The notes: a model not told the origin generated them from the sequence alone. A stretch of 64,000 nt of DNA from Candidatus Caribbeanibacter nitroreducens (GCA_947581645.1 CANPVF010000126.1:140-64139), one strand, 5' to 3'. Counted from the first letter of the stretch, positions 37,824 to 46,886 are shown. Numbers and translations are program-made.

Positions 37824-38768
37824 TCAGCCCCGGTACGCCTCCCGGATCCTCCGCTCCAGGGACTTCTCCGCCGGGTCGCAGTCCAGCATCAGGGACTCCC
37901 GGGCGTCCCCGGGCAGGGCCGCCTCCGGAGCGAGCCCGACGATCTCGCTCCCGGTCACCTCGACCCCCTCCCCCTCGGCCTCCCGCTGGACGGCCTCGAA
38001 GACCTCCAGGGGCGGGACGCTCCGCACCTTGAGCAGGTTGGTCGACACCTGCGCCCGGCCGTCCACCTCGAATCCCAGGGCCTGCACGTGGGGCAGGCCG
38101 CCGTCGGACGACCGGATCGCCCGGGCGATACGGCGGGCGACCTCCACGTCGCCGGTGTCCAGGATGACGTTGTAGGCGACCAGGATGCGGCGGGCGCCCA
38201 CGGCGGTGGCGCCGGCGGAGCGGTGCACGCGGGGTGGGCCGAAGTCGGGCTTCCGGTCCGGGTCGGACTCGATCGTCTCGCGCAGGGTCTCGAACCCGCC
38301 CTTCCGGAAGCTGGCCGGCACGTCGCGTCCGGCCCGGCGGGCCGCCTCCCCGTACAGGAACACGGGGATCCGGAGCTCGTCGGCGATCCGTCGCCCCACC
38401 CGTCCGGCCAGCGTCACGCAGCGGTGGATGTCCGCCCCCCGGTTTCCGTCCAGGTCCAGACCGTCCAGCGGCACGAAGGGCACGACGTCGGCGGCGCCGA
38501 TGCGGGGGTGCTCCCCCTCGTGCTCCCTCAGGTCGATCCGCCGGGCGGCCTCCACCACGGTGTGGTAGACGGCCTCGGCCAGGGGGTCCGGCTCGCCCAC
38601 CATCGTCAGGACCGTTCGGTTGTGCCAGCGGTCCGGGGCCACGTCGAGGACCTTCGCGCCGTCCACGGAGGAGGCGGCGCTCGCCAGGTCGTCGATGAGC
38701 CCGCGGTCACGGCCCTCGCTGAAGTTGGGCACGCACTCGATCAGCGGCTCCGGCAGGGCGGAGGTCAT
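37824..38768 (-). CDS. ftcD: glutamate formimidoyltransferase (FtcD N-terminal domain family)
   Basis: MTSALPEPLIECVPNFSEGRD is the formiminotransferase N-terminus. Confidence 0.8.
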   Translation of the reverse strand: MTSALPEPLIECVPNFSEGRDRGLIDDLASAASSVDGAKVLDVAPDRWHNRTVLTMVGEPDPLAEAVYHTVVEAARRIDLREHEGEHPRIGAADVVPFVPLDGLDLDGNRGADIHRCVTLAGRVGRRIADELRIPVFLYGEAARRAGRDVPASFRKGGFETLRETIESDPDRKPDFGPPRVHRSAGATAVGARRILVAYNVILDTGDVEVARRIARAIRSSDGGLPHVQALGFEVDGRAQVSTNLLKVRSVPPLEVFEAVQREAEGEGVEVTGSEIVGLAPEAALPGDARESLMLDCDPAEKSLERRIREAYRG

Positions 38769-38777
38769 GGCGTCGGC

Positions 38778-39956
38778 TCAGCTCCCGGAGTCGGCGGCCG
38801 CCGGCCGCAGCGTGTCGACCCCCGCGACGCTCCGCAGCGCCACGGCGGCGGCCCCGAGTCCGAAGGCCGTGGCCAGGACCTTCACCACCGCTCCGAGCCA
38901 CGGCACGAGCCCCACAAGGAAGAGGAGGGCGCCGCCCACGAGGAAGGCGAGGAGGATCCTGCGGCGTCCCCGTCCGGCCCGGTCGCCCAGCACGAGCTCC
39001 CCGATCCACAGGGCGAGGACGGCACGGGCCACGTAGAGGGCGAACGCGAAGACCGCCCCGCCGATCAGGGCCAGCGGTATCCCCACCACCGTGATGAGCG
39101 AGGCCACGAGCAGCGCCGGGACCGCCAGAAGGGCGATCAGCCCGACCCCGAGGGAGGGAAGCGGGCTCTCCCGGCCGCTCTCCAGGAGCCGGTCGGCGCC
39201 CGACGGGAACAGGGCGCCGAGGACCAGTCCCGTGAAGAGGAAGGCGGCGAGGCCGAGCAGACCGCCCACCCATCCCGACACCTGCGGGACCCACCCGGGC
39301 ACCGGCGGCTCCTCCATCGGCTCCCGGGTGACCGTCCCGCTCACCACGGCCTCCGGCGACCGGTCGAGGGCGTTCGGCGACTGGTAGCTGAGGTCGCCCC
39401 GTATTCGCGCGTCGGGCCCCAGCGTGAGGTGGTCGGCGGCGACCCGGACGTCCCCCTCCACGGGCCCGTCGATCCGGACCTCGCCGCCGCCGGCGAGAAC
39501 GGAGCCCCGGACCGGACCCGTCACCCGGATGCTTCCGCCGGCCAGGTAGGCGTTGCCGCCCACGTCGGCGTCTCCGGCGAGGCGGACCTCGCCTCCGGCC
39601 AGCGTCACGTTCCGGCCCACGCTGGAGTCGAGCAGGACCTGACCGCCGGCCGCGCGGACGCTGCCGCCCACCCGCCCGCCGACCTCCACGCGCCCGCCGG
39701 CCGAGAGGACGTCGCCGACCACGGGTGCCCGGACGCTGACCTGCCCACCGGTGGCCATGGCGTCGCCGGCGACGCTGTCCCGGAGGGTCACCGCCATGCC
39801 CGCGGCGACGCGATCCGACCCCACGGGGAGCACCTGCTGGGCGGCGGAGAGCTGATCGAACCGTTCCTGGGCCGCCGGACCCCCGGGAAGCGGGGAGAGG
39901 GTCACCGTGGCGCCCACCCCCAGGGCGGCGAGCAGGGCGATGAGCCTGGTCGTCAT
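38778..39956 (-). CDS. secreted bactofilin-like (polymer-forming cytoskeletal, DUF583-like) repeat protein with C-terminal TM anchors
   Basis: Signal peptide MTTRLIALLAALGVGATVT. Tandem GG-x-V/L-x-V beta-solenoid repeats. Four C-terminal hydrophobic helices. Confidence 0.6.
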   Translation of the reverse strand: MTTRLIALLAALGVGATVTLSPLPGGPAAQERFDQLSAAQQVLPVGSDRVAAGMAVTLRDSVAGDAMATGGQVSVRAPVVGDVLSAGGRVEVGGRVGGSVRAAGGQVLLDSSVGRNVTLAGGEVRLAGDADVGGNAYLAGGSIRVTGPVRGSVLAGGGEVRIDGPVEGDVRVAADHLTLGPDARIRGDLSYQSPNALDRSPEAVVSGTVTREPMEEPPVPGWVPQVSGWVGGLLGLAAFLFTGLVLGALFPSGADRLLESGRESPLPSLGVGLIALLAVPALLVASLITVVGIPLALIGGAVFAFALYVARAVLALWIGELVLGDRAGRGRRRILLAFLVGGALLFLVGLVPWLGAVVKVLATAFGLGAAAVALRSVAGVDTLRPAAADSGS

Positions 39957-40318
39957 GGCGACGTCCCGTGCAGGAATGAGCGCCGTGGGAGCGCGAACAC
40001 TCTCCCGAACGCCCCAATGTAAGCGGGTGCCGCTCGCGGATCGACGTACGTGCCCCGATTGAGGTGGGTCCCCGACGGTTGGTGCGGCGCTTCCACGGGC
40101 CGCTCGGGGTGTCCCGTGGGGTCCCCACAGCACCGCGCGTCTGCCCCGGTCATGCGCCGTCCGCCGGCCGCGTGTCCGGGTTCGGTTTTTGCACTTCTAC
40201 GTTCCCGAGCGGATCTTTTACGTTTGCGGACGGACATCCCGTTACCGGGGCATCGACGGGGATGGCCGCTGCCGCTACTCGAGCCGGAAGAGCCAGGAGT
40301 TCAACCGAGGTGAGCCAA

Positions 40319-41485
40319 ATGCTGACGATCAGCGCGATCAAGGCCGACGTGGGCGGCGTGGGCGGCCACACGAAGCCGTCCGAGAGCATGATGGAGGTCT
40401 CCCGCGAGAAGCTCGCGGAGGCCGTCGAGCGGGGCATGCTCCTCGACTTCGACGTCACGCACACCGGCGACGACGTGTGTCTCCTCATGACGCACCGCGC
40501 GGGCACCGACGACCCGGAGATCCACGACTTCGCGTGGGAGGTCTTCGAGGAGGCCACCCGCGTGGCCCAGGACGAGGGCCTGTACGGCGCCGGGCAGGAC
40601 CTGCTGGCCGACGCCCCCTCGGGCAACGTCCGGGGCGCCGGTCCCGGCGCGGCCGAGATCGAGTTCGACGAGACCGCCGAGGAGCGGTCGGCCGAGCCGT
40701 TCATGATCTTCACCTCGGACAAGTCCGGGCCGGGGGCCTTCAACTTCCCCATGTACGCGGTCTTCACCAGCCCGATGTACTGTGCGGGGCTCATGCTCCC
40801 GAAGATGAAGGAAGGGTTCACCTTCCGGGTCATCGACATGGAGTACGCCGGGGGCGACCGGGTCATCGAGCTGGACACGCCCGAGGAGCACCTGGACCTG
40901 GCCATGCTGCTCCGCGACGAGAACCGGTTCGGGATCAAGTCGATCCACCACCGGAAGTGGCCCGAGCAGCAGGTGGTCTCCATCTCCACCGATCGGCTGC
41001 ACACCATCGCCGGCGAGTACAAGGGCAAGGACGACCCGGTGGCCATCGTTCGGACCCAGAACATCTTCCCCGCGCCGGAAGAGATCCTGAGCCCGTACAC
41101 CACCGCCCACTACGTGGCCGGCGACGCCCGGGGCAGCCACCACATGCCCCTGATGCCGATCTCCATCAACAGCGCGGTGGCCGGTCCGTACTGCCTGCCT
41201 CTCGTCTCCGCCGTCGCCTATTCCGTCAACGACGAGGGCGAGCTCTCGGAGCGGGTCGACATCTTCGGCAACGAGGTCTGGGACGAGACGCGACGGAAGG
41301 CCCAGCAGAAGGCGGACGAGATTCGCCGCCAGGGCTTCGTCGGTCCGGCGATGCTCCCGATGCAGGAGCTCGAGTACAGCTCCTTCCGTGACACGCTCGA
41401 GCGCCTCGAGGGTCAGTTCCAGCGGGTGGACGGCGCGAAGCCCGAGCGCGCCGCTGTCTCCGGGGGCATGGACGAGGTGGACTGA
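40319..41485 (+). CDS. fbp: fructose-1,6-bisphosphate aldolase/phosphatase (class V FBPase)
   Basis: MLTISAIKADVGGVGGHTKP N-terminus is diagnostic of the archaeal-type bifunctional FBP aldolase/phosphatase. SD GAGGTGA lies 7 nt upstream. Confidence 0.9.
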   Translation: MLTISAIKADVGGVGGHTKPSESMMEVSREKLAEAVERGMLLDFDVTHTGDDVCLLMTHRAGTDDPEIHDFAWEVFEEATRVAQDEGLYGAGQDLLADAPSGNVRGAGPGAAEIEFDETAEERSAEPFMIFTSDKSGPGAFNFPMYAVFTSPMYCAGLMLPKMKEGFTFRVIDMEYAGGDRVIELDTPEEHLDLAMLLRDENRFGIKSIHHRKWPEQQVVSISTDRLHTIAGEYKGKDDPVAIVRTQNIFPAPEEILSPYTTAHYVAGDARGSHHMPLMPISINSAVAGPYCLPLVSAVAYSVNDEGELSERVDIFGNEVWDETRRKAQQKADEIRRQGFVGPAMLPMQELEYSSFRDTLERLEGQFQRVDGAKPERAAVSGGMDEVD

Positions 41486-41774
41486 GCTCGGATCGCCGGA
41501 GCGCCCTTCGGGGACCGTCCCCGCGGGTCCGTGGCGCGGTCCACCCGGCCGGGCCACGAACCCGTTTCCGCGGGGACGGCGGGGCGGAACGAACGGGATG
41601 CGTCACCGTATACAGAGCTGACTGCCCGCCCGACCCTCTCGCCGGACCCGGCACGGGATTCCGGTCCCGCGCAGCACGAGTTGCGGACCACGTCTCCCGA
41701 ACCGCAGGGGTGCGGGAGAGCGACGGCGGTGACGTCCGATCCGAACCACATCCACTCCTACCCCATATTCTCTC

Positions 41775-42506
41775 ATGACCAGTTCTGAAGCCGATCCGGG
41801 TGACGGCGCGGGAGCGGCGTCCGGAGACCGCTCCGGTGAAACCTACAGCCGCCTTCGGGACCTCATCGTTCGGGGGCAGCTCGCCCCGGGAAGCCGCATC
41901 ATCGAGACCGACGTCGCCGATCGTCTCGGCGTCAGCCGCACGCCGGTCCGCTCGGCGCTGCAGCGCCTGGAGCAGGAAGGGTTCATCGAGTCGGAGGGCC
42001 GAAACGGCGGCCGCGCCCGACCGGTGGTCGCTCCCCTGACGAAGCAGGACGCCCGCGAGCTGATGTACCTGCTGGGCTCGCTGGAGAGCCTGGCGGCGCG
42101 GTGGACGGCGGGCCTCGACGAGGAGGACCGGCAGGCCGTCGTGGACGACCTGCGCACGGTGAACGACCGGATGGTCGAGGTGGCCGAGTCCGATCGTCCC
42201 GACCGGAACCGGTTCTTCGACATGGATGCCGAGTTCCACCGGGCCTTCGTGGAGCCGGGGGCCGGCTCCCGGCTGCGGAAGCTGCACGCGGCCTACCGTC
42301 CGCAGGCCGAGCGGTACACCCGCTTCTACGTGACCACCCAGCAGTATTCGCTTGATCGCTCCCTGGGCGAGCACCGCGAGATCATCGAGGCCGTCGAGTC
42401 CGGCGACCGGGAGCGGGCCGAGGACGCCGTGGAGCAGAACTGGCGGAGCGCCGAGGAGCGCCTCCAGCGGGACATCGAGATGGCCGGCGAGCGGGGGAGC
42501 TGGTAG
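41775..42506 (+). CDS. GntR-family transcriptional regulator (FadR/FCD subfamily)
   Basis: wHTH region ETDVADRLGVSRTPVRSALQRLEQEGFI with a C-terminal FCD-like helical domain. Confidence 0.85.
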   Translation: MTSSEADPGDGAGAASGDRSGETYSRLRDLIVRGQLAPGSRIIETDVADRLGVSRTPVRSALQRLEQEGFIESEGRNGGRARPVVAPLTKQDARELMYLLGSLESLAARWTAGLDEEDRQAVVDDLRTVNDRMVEVAESDRPDRNRFFDMDAEFHRAFVEPGAGSRLRKLHAAYRPQAERYTRFYVTTQQYSLDRSLGEHREIIEAVESGDRERAEDAVEQNWRSAEERLQRDIEMAGERGSW

Positions 42507-42509
42507 AGC

Positions 42510-43733
42510 TCAGCTCCCGGGCCCGGACCCGGCGGCCAGCCGGGCCGTGCGGGCCAGGACCGCGCCCCCCACGAAGAGCGACTCCTCGGAGGCCACGAAG
42601 CGGGGAGAGTGCGTCCCGGCGTCCGGGTCCGACCCGCCGTCGGGAGCCCGCGCGCCGATCCTGAGGAAGGCCCCGGGCATCTCCTCCAGGTAGAAGGCGA
42701 AGTCCTCGCCGGCCATGTTCGGCCGGTCCAGCGCGGCCACGGCGTCCTCCCCGAGCAGCCCGGTCACCGCCCGGCGTGCCCACGCGGCTTCCCGCCGCGT
42801 GTTCACGGCCGGTGGAACGCCGGATCGGATCTGGACGTCGGCCTCGAGCCGGTGGGTTTCCGCCACCGACTCGGCCACCCGGGCCACCTCCTCCACGAGC
42901 AGCGACCGGGCCTCGGGCTCGGTGGCCCGCACGGTCCCCCGCACGACGCCCTCGTCCGGCACCACGTTGTCGGCCTCGCCCGCCCGGAGCACCGTGGCGC
43001 TGACGACGCCGGGCTGACCCGGGTGCAGGCGGCGGGGGGTCAGGGAGTAGAGGGTCGAGACCAGCGAGGCGAGCGCCGGGATCGGATCCCGGGACTCGTG
43101 CGGCTTCGCGGCGTGGCTGCCGGCCCCGCGCAGCCGGATCGTGAAGAAATCCGCGGAGGCGGCGATGGGGCCCTCCTTCGCCACGACCCGCCCCACGGGG
43201 AGGTCGCTGTCCACGTGGCCGCCGAAGATGGCCCGGACCCCGTCCAGGGCCCCGCTCTCCAGCACCGCCCGCGCCCCCTCCGCCTTCTCTTCGGCCGGCT
43301 GGAGCACGACCAGGACGTCCGCTTCCGCCGGCTCCCGTGCCAGCAGCGCCGCGGCCGCCACGGCCCAGGAGGCGTGGACGTCGTGCCCGCAGGCGTGCAT
43401 CACTCCGGAATTCTCCGACGAGAAGGGCAGCCCCGTCTGCTCGTGGATCGGAAGGGCGTCCGTGTCGCCGCGGATCGCCACCGGCGCGTCTCCGGGATTC
43501 CGTCCCGGAATCCGTGCCACGAGTCCGGTCTTCGCCACGGTACGGACCTCGGAGACGGAGACGTCCTCCAGGGCCTCTGCGAGCCGGCGCTGCGTCTCCT
43601 CCTCCTGCCACGAGAGCTCGGGATGGCGGTGCAGGGATCGCCGCAGCTCGCGCAGCCGGCCCTCGAGGCCCGGAGGGAAGAGCTCCCGCACGCCGTCGGG
43701 GATGGCGCTCCGGTCGCCGCCCGCCGGCGTCAC
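42510..43733 (-). CDS. M20D-family amidohydrolase (N-acyl-L-amino-acid amidohydrolase / hippuricase-like)
   Basis: LRELRRSLHRHPELSWQE and MHACGHDVH metal-binding motifs. GTG start in a GTGA overlap with the upstream stop. Confidence 0.85.
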   Translation of the reverse strand: MTPAGGDRSAIPDGVRELFPPGLEGRLRELRRSLHRHPELSWQEEETQRRLAEALEDVSVSEVRTVAKTGLVARIPGRNPGDAPVAIRGDTDALPIHEQTGLPFSSENSGVMHACGHDVHASWAVAAAALLAREPAEADVLVVLQPAEEKAEGARAVLESGALDGVRAIFGGHVDSDLPVGRVVAKEGPIAASADFFTIRLRGAGSHAAKPHESRDPIPALASLVSTLYSLTPRRLHPGQPGVVSATVLRAGEADNVVPDEGVVRGTVRATEPEARSLLVEEVARVAESVAETHRLEADVQIRSGVPPAVNTRREAAWARRAVTGLLGEDAVAALDRPNMAGEDFAFYLEEMPGAFLRIGARAPDGGSDPDAGTHSPRFVASEESLFVGGAVLARTARLAAGSGPGS

Positions 43734-44887
43734 GAGATCTCCGCCCGTCGGACGGTGAGCTCTTCCACCCGGTCCTCGTCCACCTCGACTCCGATGCCCG
43801 GCCGGTCCCGGGGCACCGTGACGCGCCCCTCGTCGTCCATGGTCCACTCGGGATCGACGATGTCCCGCTCCCAGTACCGGGCGCTCGGGGAGAGGTCGCC
43901 GGGGAGGCGGAAGTTCGGCAGGGAGGCCAGCGCCACGTTGTAGCCGCGGCCGATCCCGGTCTCGAGCATCCCGCCGCACCAGACCGGGACGTCCCGCGCC
44001 ATGCAGAGGTCGTGAATCCGGATCGACGGCCCGAAGCCGCCCACCCGCCCGGGCTTCACGTTCACGATGCGCCCGCTGCCGAGCTCCAGCATGTCCTCGG
44101 CTCGCGCCGGTCCGGTGATCGACTCGTCCAGGCAGATCGGGGTCCGCAGCTCCCGCTGGAGGCGGGCGTGGCGCACCAGGTCCTCCCGGTCCAGCGGCTG
44201 CTCGATCATGAGCAGGCCCAGGTCGTCCAGGCGCCGGAGACGGTCGACGTCGTCCAGCGTGTAGGCCGCGTTGCCGTCCACCGCCAGGGCGATGTCGTCG
44301 CCCAGGGCCTCGCGGACGGTGGACACGTACTCGACGTCGGCCCCGGGCTCGATCTTGAGCTTCACCTTCCGGTATCCCTGGCGGGAGGCCTCCCGTGCCC
44401 GCTCCACGAGCCGGTCCGGGTCCTCCTGGATGCCCACCGAGATGCCCGTCTCCACCTCCCGGCGCTCCCCGCCGAGCACGTCGGCCAGCGGACGCCCGGC
44501 GCGTCGGGCCGCCAGGTTCCAGGCCCCCATCTCCAGGGCCGCCCGGGCCATGCGGTGCCCGCGGACCGCGTCCGCCAGGAGGGGGTCGACGGCCGCCGGA
44601 TGATCGAAGCTGCGGCCGACGATCAGGGGCGCCAGCCACTCCGAGAGGGCGATCCAGGCGGTGTCGACGGTCTCCGGCGAGTACTCGGGCCGCTCCTCCG
44701 CCACGCACTCCGACCACACGCGGGTGCCGTCGGACGAGCGGAGCCGCACCAGGAGGACCCGCAGCTCGTGCCGGGTGCCCGAGGAGATCCGGAAGGGCCG
44801 TCGCAGGGCCAGGCGGATCTCCCGCAGATCCACGCACTCGACCCGGAGCTCCTCGAGGTCGGCGGCCTCCTCCCCGCCCCGTCTCAC
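43730..44887 (-). CDS. enolase-superfamily enzyme (mandelate racemase/muconate lactonizing; N-acylamino acid racemase / o-succinylbenzoate synthase-like)
   Basis: KVKLKIEPGAD, a DxN region and catalytic Lys/Asp/Glu pattern (LAVDGNAAY…MIEQP…ICLDES). GTG start. Confidence 0.8.
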   Translation of the reverse strand: MRRGGEEAADLEELRVECVDLREIRLALRRPFRISSGTRHELRVLLVRLRSSDGTRVWSECVAEERPEYSPETVDTAWIALSEWLAPLIVGRSFDHPAAVDPLLADAVRGHRMARAALEMGAWNLAARRAGRPLADVLGGERREVETGISVGIQEDPDRLVERAREASRQGYRKVKLKIEPGADVEYVSTVREALGDDIALAVDGNAAYTLDDVDRLRRLDDLGLLMIEQPLDREDLVRHARLQRELRTPICLDESITGPARAEDMLELGSGRIVNVKPGRVGGFGPSIRIHDLCMARDVPVWCGGMLETGIGRGYNVALASLPNFRLPGDLSPSARYWERDIVDPEWTMDDEGRVTVPRDRPGIGVEVDEDRVEELTVRRAEIS

Positions 44888-44894
44888 GCGGTGA

Positions 44895-45713
44895 TCAGGA
44901 ACGGTCGGTCCCGCCTCCCCCGTCGCCGGCCCGCCCGTCGGTGCCCCGGCGGGTGTGGATCAGGATGACGCCGGCGGCGGAGCCGGGGCCGAACCGCGAG
45001 GCCTCGGGTCCGCGCAGCACCTCCAGGCTGTCCACCGAGGTGGGAGCCATGCCCTCCAGCACCCGCGCCGGGTTCGTGCCGGCCATCCGTACGCCGTCCA
45101 TGAAGAGGAGCGGGTCGTTGCCCTGCGTGATGCTGGTGGGCCCCCGGATCAGTATGCGCCCCTCGCCGCCGGGATCGCCTCCGGACGTGGTGATGCGCGT
45201 TCCGGGCACCTGTCCGAGGAGGGCCTGGAGGAGGTTGCCCGCCCCGCCCTCGCGGAGCTGTTCCGCCCGGACCACGGTGCGGGAGCCCCGATTCCGCTCG
45301 CCCCCGGCAGGCCGATCGGCGGTCACCCGCAGCTCCTGCATCAGGCGGTGCAGCGGGATGAGCTCCAGCGTGACCTGCGCCGGTGCGTCGCTCTCCACCC
45401 GGGCGTCCTCGACCACGACGGCGTGCTCGGGAAGTGAGGCCTGGACGCGGTAGACGCCCGGCTCCAGGCCGGAGAAGACGAACTCGCCCCGCCCGTCGGC
45501 GCGGACCTCGAGATCCGCCCTCCGGATCTGTATGACGGCGCCCGCGGCGGGATCGCCGTCGGCGGTGACGGCCCGTCCCAGGATCGAGGGCGCCCCGGAC
45601 GGCGTCGCCTCCTGGGCTGCCGCGGGAGCGGCGGCCGCGAGAAGCAGGAGCAGGCCGGTCACGAGAACGGCCCGGAGGATCGCGGGGCGGGGCGTCGGTC
45701 CGATGTCGGTCAC
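44895..45713 (-). CDS. TonB-dependent receptor N-terminal fragment: signal peptide + carboxypeptidase-regulatory-like domain + plug, no beta-barrel
   Basis: GTG start and signal LLLLLAAAAPAAAQE. GAVIQIRRADLEVRADGRGEFVFSGLEPGVYRV (CarboxypepD_reg). LQALLGQVPGTRITTSGGDPGGEGRILIRGPTSI…LFMDGVRM (plug). The ORF ends after ~273 aa. Confidence 0.55.
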   Translation of the reverse strand: MTDIGPTPRPAILRAVLVTGLLLLLAAAAPAAAQEATPSGAPSILGRAVTADGDPAAGAVIQIRRADLEVRADGRGEFVFSGLEPGVYRVQASLPEHAVVVEDARVESDAPAQVTLELIPLHRLMQELRVTADRPAGGERNRGSRTVVRAEQLREGGAGNLLQALLGQVPGTRITTSGGDPGGEGRILIRGPTSITQGNDPLLFMDGVRMAGTNPARVLEGMAPTSVDSLEVLRGPEASRFGPGSAAGVILIHTRRGTDGRAGDGGGGTDRS

Positions 45714-45852
45714 TGGATCTCTCCGATCGGGTGGAGGCGGCTGGTCCTCCCTGTGGTCGGCAACGCTCCGGAGAGTACCCCGGCAGGCGGGCAAGTTGCC
45801 GGCGGACGCCAGCCCCGGACCGGGCGGGACCGCAGCCGGCGGGGGCCCGGCG

Positions 45853-46638
45853 TCAGTCGTAGCGTCCCGCGGCGAACTCCTCGGGGCTCTCCGACCGGGC
45901 GTAGACCACGTTCGCCAGCCCCACGGCGTCCAGGAGCTTGATGTAGTACCAGCCGATGTCGAACTCCCACCAGTGTGCCTTGAACTTGGCCGACTTCGGG
46001 TCGGCGTGGTGGTTGTTGTGCAGCTCCTCGCCCAGGATCCAGATCCCCCAGGGATACAGGTTCGAGCTGTGATCCCGCGTTTCGAAGTTCCGGTATCCCA
46101 GGGCATGGCCGGCGCCGTTGATGATGTTGCCCATGATCGGCATCCAGATGGCCATGGTCGACCACACGGCCAGCCCGATCCCGGCCCCGAACAGGTAGAT
46201 GTCGAGGAGCAGGACCAGGAGGATCCCCAGACTCGAGTGCTTCGAATAGACGTTCCGCTCGATCCAGTCGTCGGGGCCCTTCCCGTACTTCTCCATCAGC
46301 TCCTCGTCCCGGGTGGCCCGCTGGTAGAAGAAGACGCCGGCCAGGAGGATGGCCCACAGCCCCTCCTCCTCGGGCGAGTGCGGATCGCCCTCGCGGTCCG
46401 CGTACGCGTGGTGCTTCCGGTGGACCGCCACCCACTCCTTGGTGACGATGCCGGTCGTGGCCCAGATCCAGAAGCGGAGGAAGTGCTCCACCACGGGGTG
46501 GAACTCGACACCGCCGTGGGTCGCACAACGGTGCAGGTAGAGCGTGTTGCCGAGGTTGGTGATGTGGCCCATCACGAGCACGAAGACGATGGCGAGCCAC
46601 CAGGGATCCGCGAGCACTCCGTAGCCAGGCACTGACAT
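45853..46638 (-). CDS. membrane fatty-acid desaturase (acyl-CoA/acyl-lipid delta-9 type)
   Basis: The three histidine boxes HRCATH, HRKHHAY and HNNHH. Confidence 0.85.
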   Translation of the reverse strand: MSVPGYGVLADPWWLAIVFVLVMGHITNLGNTLYLHRCATHGGVEFHPVVEHFLRFWIWATTGIVTKEWVAVHRKHHAYADREGDPHSPEEEGLWAILLAGVFFYQRATRDEELMEKYGKGPDDWIERNVYSKHSSLGILLVLLLDIYLFGAGIGLAVWSTMAIWMPIMGNIINGAGHALGYRNFETRDHSSNLYPWGIWILGEELHNNHHADPKSAKFKAHWWEFDIGWYYIKLLDAVGLANVVYARSESPEEFAAGRYD

Positions 46639-46848
46639 CGACGTTCCGGGGTTGAAGAGAACAGTTCGGCCTCGCTGAGGCGTCAGACTGCCGTGCGGCG
46701 TCGTGTCCCGCAAGCGGCCGCCCGCGGGCCGTTCCGCTTCGGGCGGGTGACCGCCTTCCAATCGCAAGAGACGTGCGCGAGCCGATCCCGTCCTTCGTTC
46801 CGCCTTCCCCCTTCCACTCGCCCTCCCCGGCGGAACCTTCATTCGCCG

Positions 46849-46886
46849 GTTTGCATAAACATGCACACCACTGTATAAATATGCTC
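46849..46886 (+). promoter_or_regulatory. arg operon promoter (TTGCAT-17-TATAAAT) overlapped by two tandem ARG-box-like 18-mers
   Basis: tttgcataaacatgcaca cc actgtataaatatgctca each matches TNTGAATWWWWATTCANW at about 12-14 defined positions. The -10 ends 7-8 nt before the ATG at 46887. Confidence 0.5.

Noticed and set aside
38088-40133. Plus-strand ORF 38088..40022 and minus ORF 38707..40128
   Set aside because: Antisense or alternative frame to ftcD and the bactofilin-like gene. No motifs.
46881-46886. ATG at 46881 as argC start (MLMSDS…)
   Set aside because: It lies inside or immediately after the -10 TATAAAT element, so it would be upstream of the predicted TSS. The ATG at 46887 is the more plausible (leaderless) start. 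Kept as an alternative.
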